Shown here: positions 18,017 through 26,871 of the stretch, piece after piece
How positions within the stretch are numbered: the first letter of the stretch is position 1
Layout of the letters: every line of letters starts with the position of its first letter
Source of the DNA: an uncultured Actinomycetes bacterium
GTDB taxonomy: Bacteria; Actinomycetota; JAICYB01
NCBI GenBank assembly: GCA_963766295.1
Contig: CAVXYW010000001.1
Coordinates: 4,364 to 68,363 of the forward strand
DNA: 64,000 bases
Reading direction: 5' to 3'
The notes under the pieces: model-generated
What the model was told of the DNA's origin: nothing
The model's database searches: none
What the model saw: only the letters and a program-made list of their open reading frames with translations
Made by a program: the position numbers and the translations under genes

Positions 18017-20236
18017 CGCTTCTTCCGCCCGCCGATCAAGCTCCCGGCGCCTTCGAGGAACACAGATCGCAAGATGTCGCGCCGGTTCAGGAGCTCTTCG
18101 GTCGATCCGTTGAAACGGATCTCACCCTTCTCCATGAAGTACGCGTGGCGCGCTACCGTGAGCGCGACATTCACCGACTGCTCGACCAGGATCACAGTCG
18201 TGCCGGACTGATGGATGTCCTCGACGATGTGCAGCAACTGCTGCACGATCACCGGCGCCAGGCCGAGTGACAGCTCGTCGATCATGAGAAGCCGCGGCTT
18301 GGCGATGAAAGCCTGGGCAAGCGAGAGCATCTGTTGCTCGCCGCCGGACAAGCTTCCGGCCTGTTGATCTCGTCGTTGTTCCAAAATGGGGAAGATCTCG
18401 AAAACGCGTCGGCGCGCTTCCTGCACGTACTCGCGGTCCTTGTCGTAGAGCCAAGCCGCCATCTCGAGGTTCTCGTGGACCGACAGCGTCGGAAAGATCG
18501 ACTTCCCGCCCGGCATCAGGATGATTCCGAGTGCTGCGGTCTCCTCCGGCTCCAGATGCGTGATGTCGTTGCCGTCGAAGTACACGACTCCGCGTCGCGG
18601 ATGGACTAAACCCGACACCGCCTTTAGTAGCGTCGATTTGCCGGCCCCATTCGTCCCGAGCAGGGCGACCAGCTCACCCTGCTGCACATCGAAGTTGACG
18701 CCGAACAGCACCTGCGTGTCGTCGTAGGCGACGTCAACGTCTTGCACGGTGAGCAGCGAATGCTCACCTTGGGCGAGACGCTCGTTTCGCAATCTCGCCT
18801 CCGTTCCGAGGACCTGGAACGAACGAGCGACGTCGGCGTTTGCGAAGCGCGCCGCCGATGCAAGGACCAATCCCCCGGCGGCGAGGATCATCGCGGACGT
18901 GAACAGCGCCCATCGGATGCCCGGCCCATCGGCGATGGCCCCGATGATCGGGGTGGCGACGATGCCGAGTGTCACGAAGAAGCCGGCGTAGCTGAACCCC
19001 ATGGTGCGGATCTTGGCCGGCGACACGAAGCCGACGATCGTGAGGTATGCAGGAGCCCAGAAAGCGATAAGCGACGAGACCAGACAAAGGATCACGATCG
19101 CCGACGCAAGGTTCGGAGCCAGCGAGTACAGCGCAAGGCTCAGCCCCAGGGCCGACACGGAGAAACCGAAGAACAGAGTCACGTGGGACATCGACTTCGT
19201 GCGGACGAGGCGGTCGGTGATCCGGCCGCCGATCACAACCGAAAGCAGATGCGAACGGAGCCACGCCCGAAGCGATCACTCCTCGGCCGAGCTCGTTGAC
19301 GCCGAAGACTTCGTCCAGATAGATGTTCGAGTAGACGGCAAAGGCCAGAGCTCCCATGCCTGTGAAGAAGGACCCGATGAAGATCCGTTTCATCGTGGGA
19401 ACCGAGTACAGCCAGCGGATCGCGCGTCCGAACGGAATGTTCGGCTCGTCCACCGCGAGAAGCGCCGACTCGCGGTCGTCCATGATCCCGCGCACCGGCT
19501 CGCGCATCTTCGTCGTGACGTAGGCGAGTACAAAAGTCGGTATCGCCAGGAAGAAGAACGCGTAGCGCCAGCCGAGCATGTGAGCGATCAGCCCGGCGAG
19601 CGCAGGCGCAAAGATCGCCGCCCAGGCATCGGCCGACCTATGGACGCTAAACACGCGGCCGCGAACGGCCGGCGGGTAGTAATCGGTCAGCAGCGACGGA
19701 TGCACGGCGCCGCTGATGAGCTTGCCGGTGCCGGACCCCAGGCGGAAGAGGACGAGCACGCCTACGACGGTGGCCAGACCGGTGGAGAAAGCGAAGATCC
19801 CCCAGACGATCGCGCCCATCCACGCAAGGCGCACGCGATTCGAACGGTCGCCGAGCCATCCGATGAGAGGTATGGCCAGTCCAACGAGTGCGGGCAACGC
19901 GCGGATCGTTCCTAGTTCGGCATTGGACAAACCGAAGGCGTCGCGGATCTCCGGACCGAGGATCGCCAGCGCCGCGATATCGAACTCGTCGACAAGGTTC
20001 AGCCCGAACAGGACGAGGAGCGGAAACAGGTCATGGCCGCGAAGCTCGGGCGCGAACCGCAACAGGATCCTGTCGGCAAAAGAAGCGCGCCCATCGACGG
20101 CAGGCGCCGGCTTCTCGCTCTTCCGCAACCGAGCAGGAGAGGGTGTTGGTGTCGATCTTGCTTTTGCTTTCGCCTTCGCCTTGGACTTCACCGCCGGCTT
20201 TCGGGCTGCGGCTTTGGCTTTCGGTTTGGCCTTCAT
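18013..20236 (-). pseudogene. MFS-transporter / LivF-like ATPase fusion, split by one frame shift near 19240-19275 (or an assembly indel)
   Basis: Track ORF 18764-20236 carries about 8 MFS helices and turns to junk after YLDEVFGVNELGRGVIASGVAP. Track ORF 18013-19236, in the +1 frame, starts mid-MFS (VIGGRITDRLV...), has 4 more TMs and then a LivF-type ATPase (GTNGAGKSTLL, LSGGEQQML, LMIDELSLGLAP). Together they make a 12-TM MFS plus NBD. The N-terminus is Lys/Ala-rich (MKAKPKAKAAARKPAVKSKAKAKAKA). Confidence 0.6.
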
Positions 20237-22344
20237 GGCAGCTCACTTGCTCCGACGAGGGCCTCGGGTGGCGGAGCCTTGGCCACTTCTTCGGTTCGCT
20301 TGTCGGCAACGAGACTCGGAACGGAGATCTTGTGCTTGTCGGCGAACCGCCGGAGCACGCGATCGCGCACCCGGAAAACGATCTCACCGAGCCCACCGGG
20401 AAAGAGCAGCAGCAGGACCAGCATGCCGAACCCCGTAGCGAGGAATTGGTACTCGGCGGTCATGTAGAACTGGATGCTGCGCACGTAAACAGCGCCGATA
20501 ACTGCGCCGGTCATCGAGCCCATCCCACCGATGACGACCATGGAGAAGATCGCAAGCGAGTATTCGGCCGCGAATCGATCGGATCGCAAAGCCTGCTGGT
20601 GATAAGCAAGCAATCCGCCGGCAAGGGCAGCGAAGAACCCGGAGAGCGCAAAAGCCGAGATCTTGGCGCTGATCGGACGAACCCCGAGCGCTTGCGCGTG
20701 CATCTCGTTGTCCCGCAACGCGATGAAGTTCCTCCCGAGGCGAGTGCGACGGATGTTTCGTCCGGCGAAGATGGCCAGGATCACACCAATCAAGCACACG
20801 TAATAGAACGCGAACTCCGACGTGACGTCGATGCCGAGGACACTCGGGCGGACGATCGCACCGACCGGCGTGAGAACCTCCCACTGAAGGATCCAGCTTT
20901 GAGCGGCCACGGCGAAGGCCAGAGTGGTAACGCCCAAGAAGAGACCACGGATGCGCAACGCGGGTAAACCGATGAGGACGGCGGCAACGGCGCCGGCCAA
21001 GCCCGCCGCCAACAGAACGAAGAAGAAGTTGGGCGCGTCGTCCGGCGTAACTGCACGCGTCACCAGCTTTCCGGCCAGCATCGCGCCGATACCGACGAAC
21101 GCCCAATGGCCGAGAGAAACGTTCCCGCTCCAGCCGGTCAGCATCACGAGCGAGATGCCGACCATCGCGTAGATGAGGATCGCGGAGGCCAAGCTCGTAT
21201 CCGAAGCGCTCAGGAAGAACGGGATCACCGACACGACCAGCGCGACGAAGGCAAGGATGGCGATCTGCGCGTTGCGGATCTGAGGCAGTCTCCTGAGCTC
21301 GCGCGGCGTTCGCCTGATCTCTTGAACCGCGCGCCAGGTCGAGGCCCCAGGGTCCACCCGACCCAGACGGTTGCGTTGCAGGAGCAAGGCGACAACGATG
21401 ACGCCGAGAAGGAACCCATCCACCGGGCCGGTGTTGCCGAACGAGAAGAACAGTGTTTGCTCGGCCATCGTTATCACCAGCGACGCAACAACGGCGATGG
21501 GCAGACTCTCCATCCGGGCGATTACAGCCGCTGCCAGGGCTCTCAGAATTAACCCTTGTCCGGCGATCGCCCCGAGCTGGAAGCCCAGGATCGGCGCGCG
21601 AAGGATCGCGGTTATCGCCGACAGCAGACCGGCCATCGCCCAGACGATCAACGACACCCGGCTCACTCGAACTCCCAGCAGGCGGGCACGCTCGGAGTTC
21701 TCCGCCGCAGCACGCGATGCGATCCCGTACCGGGTGAATCGGAAGAAGAGCGCAAGGCCGATGAGGACCACCGGCCCAACTATCAGGACGATGAAGTGGT
21801 CCGCCGTGAAGTTCACGTTGCCGAACTCGAATTCAACGCCCCACGGGCTCTCGAGCTTGGTCGAGAACTGCGTTGCGGCCACGTCTCCTTCGATCCAACC
21901 TGGGAGGGCAAGCTCAAGAGCTCCGAGGATCTGCGCGACACCGATGGTGGCCACGGTCAGGATCAGCCGCGGCGCGTTCCGGAACCGCCGGATCACCCCG
22001 AACTCAACTATGAGGCTCGTGATGATGGCCGCGGCCAAGCCTGCCAGCACCGCAAAGACGTAAGGAACCTCGTAAACGGTGAACAGCTCGGCCGCCAGGA
22101 CCGCAGCGAACGCCCCCAACTCCCCTTGCGCGAAGTTGATGATTCGGTTCGTCCTGTAGACGAGGACGAGGCCGATCGCGATCAGCGAGTACAGGAGGCC
22201 GACGACGATTCCCTGCAGGTAAAGGCCGTTGGGGACGTCGGAAGTATCCGTTATGGCCGGGAAGATGACCTTGCCGAACAGAACTACGACGGCGAATCCG
22301 CCAAGGAAAGCACCGGCGCCGCCGAGCACGCGTCGGTCGACCAT
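20233..22344 (-). CDS. fused LivH-LivM type branched-chain amino acid ABC permease
   Basis: About 700 aa and many TMs. RIINFAQGELGAFAA (LivH-like) is followed by TGWSGNVSLGHWAFVGIGAM (LivM-like). ATG 22344 follows GGGGAGGGG; the track start at 22398 lies inside the palindrome. Confidence 0.8.
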   Translation of the reverse strand: MVDRRVLGGAGAFLGGFAVVVLFGKVIFPAITDTSDVPNGLYLQGIVVGLLYSLIAIGLVLVYRTNRIINFAQGELGAFAAVLAAELFTVYEVPYVFAVLAGLAAAIITSLIVEFGVIRRFRNAPRLILTVATIGVAQILGALELALPGWIEGDVAATQFSTKLESPWGVEFEFGNVNFTADHFIVLIVGPVVLIGLALFFRFTRYGIASRAAAENSERARLLGVRVSRVSLIVWAMAGLLSAITAILRAPILGFQLGAIAGQGLILRALAAAVIARMESLPIAVVASLVITMAEQTLFFSFGNTGPVDGFLLGVIVVALLLQRNRLGRVDPGASTWRAVQEIRRTPRELRRLPQIRNAQIAILAFVALVVSVIPFFLSASDTSLASAILIYAMVGISLVMLTGWSGNVSLGHWAFVGIGAMLAGKLVTRAVTPDDAPNFFFVLLAAGLAGAVAAVLIGLPALRIRGLFLGVTTLAFAVAAQSWILQWEVLTPVGAIVRPSVLGIDVTSEFAFYYVCLIGVILAIFAGRNIRRTRLGRNFIALRDNEMHAQALGVRPISAKISAFALSGFFAALAGGLLAYHQQALRSDRFAAEYSLAIFSMVVIGGMGSMTGAVIGAVYVRSIQFYMTAEYQFLATGFGMLVLLLLFPGGLGEIVFRVRDRVLRRFADKHKISVPSLVADKRTEEVAKAPPPEALVGASELP

Positions 22345-22381
22345 TTCCCCTCCCCGGAAAACGTGAACTTGCTTGATCCCG

Positions 22382-22431
22382 GCGATTCTCCGCGTCACTT
22401 GACGCGTCAGTCAATTGACGCGGAGAATCGC
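22382..22431. promoter_or_regulatory. 50-bp nested inverted repeat in the divergent intergenic region (candidate operator or 5'-UTR hairpin)
   Basis: The outer arms are 16-bp perfect inverted repeats: gcgattctccgcgtca (22382-22397) and tgacgcggagaatcgc (22416-22431). The centre holds the 10-bp palindrome tgacgcgtca (22400-22409). The half-site TGACGCG/CGCGTCA occurs four times. Confidence 0.55.
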
Positions 22432-22466
22432 GCCGGGCGCATCACCGGGCGAAGGGAACCGTATCT

Positions 22467-24470
22467 ATGGGTAATCGCCTCAGTGAGCTTTGGGAATCCT
22501 TCCTTTCGATCGTCCGGCGCATCGACATCCGCCAGGAGAAAGGTCAGCTCGGTGTAGCGAGCATCGTCGCCGCCATCGCCCTTATCGCAGCGCTGTTCGC
22601 ACTTCCCGGCGGTGACGACAAGGGGAAGCTCGCGTCCGGCGACGAACCTGTGGAGACCACTACGCCAGACGAGCCCGGCGCTTCAGCTACTCCGGCAGCG
22701 TCGGCCACCACAGGCCCGGCTGCCGCAACACCTGCTTCCGACCTGGTCGAAAACCCGAACGCCGAGCTCGACTACGCCCAGCGATTGGCCGCACAGATAA
22801 GACCGGTAACCACTTCGCTGCCGGGCGGCAATCCGAACACTTGGGCCGGCGTATCAAAGGACAAGATCAAAGCCGTTTTCTCCTACGACCAGGCGAACTG
22901 CGGGACCAACCTCATCAACGCCTTGAGCGCAGCCGGTGCGAACTTCGCAACCGAGGGTCGGTACTTCCGTGCGGCTCCGTCCAATGCCGACGAGGCCAAT
23001 CGCGAAACCGTCGAAGCGGTCAACACGATCGTGAGGTACTACAACGACCGCGGATTCGAAGCCGCTCAGGAGTTCCCCCACATCAAGCCGCTGGTCGGAA
23101 ACGACCCGTCCCATCCCTTCTACGGACGCAAGCTCGTCCACGAGTTCGTAAACGGCGGCTCATTCCAGTGCCCGGAAACAACTACGGCCGCGGCCGTCGA
23201 GATCATCGAGGACCGCAAGCCATTCATCGTCTTCAACAACTTGGACGGCGCTGCCTACAACATGGCCGAAGCCCTGCACGGCAAGGCCGGGGGCAAGCAG
23301 CGTCCGATGCACTTCGGATCCCTGTGGCTGTCCGACAAGGATTACGCCCGCTGGGCACCGTACACGTGGACGCAGTTCGGCACCGGCACGAAGGCCGCCG
23401 ATCTCTACGCCAGCTACATCTGCACGCGTCTAGTCGGAAAGAACGCGACACGGAGTCCGCAATACAAGAACCAGAAGCGCAAGTTCGGCCTGCTTTACCC
23501 GAACCTTCAAGAGGCCAAGAACGTCGCCAACGACTTGCGTGCGGCCGTCAAGAAGCATTGCGGGAGCGATATCTACGGCTCCAACTCTTTCGCTTACGAA
23601 ACCGACATCGGACGCGCTGCCGAACAAGGGACCACAATCGCGGTGAACTTCGAGCTCGCTGGCGTCACATCGATCACATATCTGATGGATCCGGTGTTCC
23701 CGCTTTTCCAGATCCTCCAGCAAGAAGCCCAGGGCTACCGTCCCGAGTATGTCTTCACCCCGACGGGCTACTACGACTCCAGTACCGTGCAGCGCCTTTA
23801 CGATCAGCCGCAGATCGACGGCAACAGCTTCGGCATCTCTCAGTTCGGAATACCGGGCGGATTCGGATTCACCGCCGGAGACTCCTTCTACATCTGGCAC
23901 GACCGGCACAAGAAGGCACCGAACGGGCGAGCCTGTGACCCGAACACGGCCGAAGGGATGAACCATTCCCCCGACTACTGCAAGGCGCCCGGGGCGATCG
24001 TGACCTGGCTGTATACGACGCTGCCTTCGCTCGCCGGGATCCTGTTCGCAGGGCCGGACCTTAAGCCCGCTCATGTCACCACAGGTCTTCAACGCGTTCC
24101 CGTGACCCGGTTCGGTCCTGCGGGCGCTACGGAAAAACCGTTCGCTGCACTCTTGGGAGCCGGTCCGGGCAAGTTCTACTTCATCGTCGACGCCGTCGAG
24201 TACCGATGGCGTGCGGGATTCGTATCCCCGCCTCCTGAAACGAAGCTCGGCTGGGTCGAGTACCCCGATTGCCAGCGCCACTACAACAAGTGGCCCAACG
24301 ATCTATCGCAAGGTTGGGAAAAGGACGGGCCGTACTACAACGTGTATTGCGGCGACCCCAAGTGGGCGGAGAGCGACTACCGGCCAAAGGGTCCAGACAA
24401 CGAGACTTGCGGCGGTACGCCGTCCCGAAAGTGCGAAAAGGACGGCTACCCCCGCTGGCGCGACTGGTAA
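22467..24470 (+). CDS. membrane-anchored extracellular protein, distant type-I periplasmic-binding (LivK-like) fold with large insertions
   Basis: N-terminal TM (GVASIVAAIALIAALFAL) and a low-complexity linker. GVSKDKIKAVFSY..., GRKLVHEFVNGG and EDRKPFIVFNNLDGAAYN resemble actinobacterial LivK-type binding proteins. The C-terminus is Cys/Trp-rich. The gene is divergent from the Liv permease operon. Confidence 0.45.
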   Translation: MGNRLSELWESFLSIVRRIDIRQEKGQLGVASIVAAIALIAALFALPGGDDKGKLASGDEPVETTTPDEPGASATPAASATTGPAAATPASDLVENPNAELDYAQRLAAQIRPVTTSLPGGNPNTWAGVSKDKIKAVFSYDQANCGTNLINALSAAGANFATEGRYFRAAPSNADEANRETVEAVNTIVRYYNDRGFEAAQEFPHIKPLVGNDPSHPFYGRKLVHEFVNGGSFQCPETTTAAAVEIIEDRKPFIVFNNLDGAAYNMAEALHGKAGGKQRPMHFGSLWLSDKDYARWAPYTWTQFGTGTKAADLYASYICTRLVGKNATRSPQYKNQKRKFGLLYPNLQEAKNVANDLRAAVKKHCGSDIYGSNSFAYETDIGRAAEQGTTIAVNFELAGVTSITYLMDPVFPLFQILQQEAQGYRPEYVFTPTGYYDSSTVQRLYDQPQIDGNSFGISQFGIPGGFGFTAGDSFYIWHDRHKKAPNGRACDPNTAEGMNHSPDYCKAPGAIVTWLYTTLPSLAGILFAGPDLKPAHVTTGLQRVPVTRFGPAGATEKPFAALLGAGPGKFYFIVDAVEYRWRAGFVSPPPETKLGWVEYPDCQRHYNKWPNDLSQGWEKDGPYYNVYCGDPKWAESDYRPKGPDNETCGGTPSRKCEKDGYPRWRDW

Positions 24471-24476
24471 GAGACT

Positions 24477-24512
24477 CCGCTGCGGCTTCGCCGCAGCGGT
24501 ATCTCTTGCCCT
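24477..24512 (+). terminator. hairpin terminator between convergent genes
   Basis: ccgctgcgg-cttcg-ccgcagcgg followed by tatctcttgccctt. Confidence 0.5.
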
Positions 24513-24541
24513 TCGCGACTTCGTCGCTACGGGTAAGCGAA

Positions 24542-25438
24542 CTAATCCTTCGTTCGCGCGAACTCGGAGAGAAATTCAAGAAATTCCTCTCCGAGATCTG
24601 GGTGCTGGGCGCCCAGTGACACCAACGCCTTGAGGTAACCGAGTGGGCGGCCCGCGTCGTGACGCGGCCCGCGATGGATGTGGGCGTAACCCGCACCCGA
24701 ACGCGCAACAGCAGCAATCGCGTCGGTCAGCTGGATCTCACCGCCCGCGCCGGGTTTCGTCCGTTCGAGTTCTTCGAAGACATCGGGCGTGAGAACGTAG
24801 CGGCCGATCGACCCTAGATCGGACGGCGCTTCGTCCGGCGACGGCTTCTCGATGAAGTCCTTCATCCTCACGAGGTCGTCCCGTATCGGTTCGGGATCGA
24901 CAACGCCGTAGTTGCCGATCTCTTCGGACGGCATCTCCATCACGGCTATCACCGATGCATCGAACTCCCCATGAGCAGCGATCAACGCATCGAGGAGCAT
25001 TGGGCCGCCGAACAACTCGTCCGGGAGCATCACTGCGAAGGGTTCAGCCCCAACGGCGTTTCGCGCACACCAAACGGCGTGACCCAGTCCCAGCGGGTCG
25101 TCCTGCTCGACGAAGGTCACGCGTGCGAGCTCTTGCGGAGCCTTTACAGCACGCAACAGATCGTCCTTCCCCTTGGCGGCGAGAGCCTGCTCGAGCGCCG
25201 GCGCCGCAGCGAAGTGGTCGCGAAGAGCCGTCTTCTCGCGGCTCGTGACGATCACGACCTCTTCGATGCCGGCCGCGGCCGCTTCCTCGACGATCCACTG
25301 GATCATCGGACGGTCGACGACGGCGAGAAGCTCCTTCGGAACAGCCTTCGTAGCAGGAAGGATCCGGGTGCCGAGGCCGGCCGCCGGGATGACGGCCTTC
25401 TTCACAGCGTTGGCCCGATCAGACATGGGCAACACCAT
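24542..25438 (-). CDS. galU: UTP--glucose-1-phosphate uridylyltransferase
   Basis: KAVIPAAGLGTRILPATKAVPKELLAVVDRPMIQWIVEEA and VEQDDPLGLGHAV are present. The start is ATG 25438 or ATG 25426. Confidence 0.9.
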   Translation of the reverse strand: MVLPMSDRANAVKKAVIPAAGLGTRILPATKAVPKELLAVVDRPMIQWIVEEAAAAGIEEVVIVTSREKTALRDHFAAAPALEQALAAKGKDDLLRAVKAPQELARVTFVEQDDPLGLGHAVWCARNAVGAEPFAVMLPDELFGGPMLLDALIAAHGEFDASVIAVMEMPSEEIGNYGVVDPEPIRDDLVRMKDFIEKPSPDEAPSDLGSIGRYVLTPDVFEELERTKPGAGGEIQLTDAIAAVARSGAGYAHIHRGPRHDAGRPLGYLKALVSLGAQHPDLGEEFLEFLSEFARTKD

Positions 25439-25478
25439 TACTCAAAACACGGGCGAGAAGAAAGGAGACGTTACGGGT

Positions 25479-26438
25479 CTAGATCGTGACGTTGTCGGTT
25501 TCGACGGCTGCTCTCGGCCCGAACGGGCCGTGTCGGCGCAGATAGTCGGCTGCCGTGACCGCTTCGCGCCGGGCCTCGTCGAAGGCAGAGTCGCCGAGTA
25601 GGTCGCGCGGCCCGATAAGTCGATCCGGTGTTACCTGGAAGCCGAGACCTATCGCTTTGCCGAGGGAACGCGTCGACGCATCTCCGTTGGCCGACACCGG
25701 AACCAGCGGGCTCGACTTGCCACCGGCCGACGCACCAAAGGCGTAGGGAATCGTGAACGCCTCCAGCACTTCCTCCACCGACGGGAAGGGCGAGCCGCAA
25801 CGAACGACGAGAACGGGGTCCTTCCCCGACGAAGCAACCGCTGCCAGCTCGCCGGTGGCCTTTGAGCGAACCTCGACCACGCTCGTACCCGGGCTGCGCG
25901 CCAAAGCCAAGAACCTATAGAGGTCGGCCGGGAGATCGAACTCGTGCCGCGGAGCGCCGTTGCGCGCGGCGAAGGCGAAGCCTTGCGCCAGGCTCGGGTC
26001 GGCGACCAGCGCCGGCGTGTTGAAAGGATCGGCGAACATCCGATACAGGTGCACGTTCCAAGCGCCGGGCCCGGCCTTGTCCGACAGGAAGCACAGGACG
26101 GGCTCGCTGTCGCGTACTTCTAACGCGAGCTCGACGCCGTCCAGCTCCGGCGGGTGTCCGTTCGCGCCGAACTGATGCAACCGCCGGCCGACGTCGGCCG
26201 CGCGCTCGAAAACGTCGGCGGCCAGCGTCCGCATCGACGCCGACCCCGGCTGCTCGGAGTGGAGCAACACCAACCCGATGTCGTCGCCGCACCGAGCCAG
26301 GTAGCCGTCGGCCACCAGACCGGCGGACTTGGCCTCAGAAAGGGACTCACGGGCGGCGTCCAAGAGAGCCGGATGTACATGCCCGGCTCCGACGTATCCA
26401 CCGGCGCATCCTCGAAAAACCGAGATCGTCGAGCTCAC
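25479..26438 (-). CDS. fructose-1,6-bisphosphate aldolase/phosphatase (class V FBPase) family protein, divergent and short
   Basis: TISVFRGCAGGYVGAGHVHP, GDDIGLVLLH, SDKAGPGAWNVHLYRMFADPFNT and YLRRHGPFGP align with my memory of archaeal-type FBPA/P. It is 319 aa. Confidence 0.65.
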   Translation of the reverse strand: MSSTISVFRGCAGGYVGAGHVHPALLDAARESLSEAKSAGLVADGYLARCGDDIGLVLLHSEQPGSASMRTLAADVFERAADVGRRLHQFGANGHPPELDGVELALEVRDSEPVLCFLSDKAGPGAWNVHLYRMFADPFNTPALVADPSLAQGFAFAARNGAPRHEFDLPADLYRFLALARSPGTSVVEVRSKATGELAAVASSGKDPVLVVRCGSPFPSVEEVLEAFTIPYAFGASAGGKSSPLVPVSANGDASTRSLGKAIGLGFQVTPDRLIGPRDLLGDSAFDEARREAVTAADYLRRHGPFGPRAAVETDNVTI

Positions 26439-26514
26439 AGCTGAACCTTAGCCACACGGAGTGACGAAAATCCCTAGGCCGTCGCCTGAATCCAGGAGCC
26501 GTAATACTTACCGC

Positions 26515-26871
26515 ATGCCGACGTATACCTATAAGTGCAACAAGTGCGGCGATGAGATCGAGGTCGTCCAATCGATGTCCGACCCGCCACTAAAGCGATG
26601 CAAGAAGTGCCGCGGCGCCCTGCGTCGAACCTTCCATCCCGTCGGCATCGTCCTGAAGGGTGCGGGCTTCCACCGCAACGACTACCGATCGCCGTCCAGG
26701 AAGTCCGGCGAATCGGCCGACAAGAAGTCCGAGTCGACCTCTTCCGAAAGCTCGTCCGACAAGAGCTCAAAGGACAAGAAATCGGATTCGGGGACGGAGT
26801 CGGGGTCTGGGTCAAAGCCCGAGAAGAAAACCGAAGCCAAGCCGTCTACCTCGAAGGCCTCCAAGGACTGA
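26515..26871 (+). CDS. FmdB-family zinc-ribbon protein with Ser/Lys-rich tail (like the mycobacterial conserved serine-rich protein Rv0991c)
   Basis: MPTYTYKCNKCGDEIEVVQSMSDPPLKRCKKCRGAL (CxxC...CxxC), then SESTSSESSSDKSSKDKKSDSGTESGSGSK. Confidence 0.8.
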   Translation: MPTYTYKCNKCGDEIEVVQSMSDPPLKRCKKCRGALRRTFHPVGIVLKGAGFHRNDYRSPSRKSGESADKKSESTSSESSSDKSSKDKKSDSGTESGSGSKPEKKTEAKPSTSKASKD

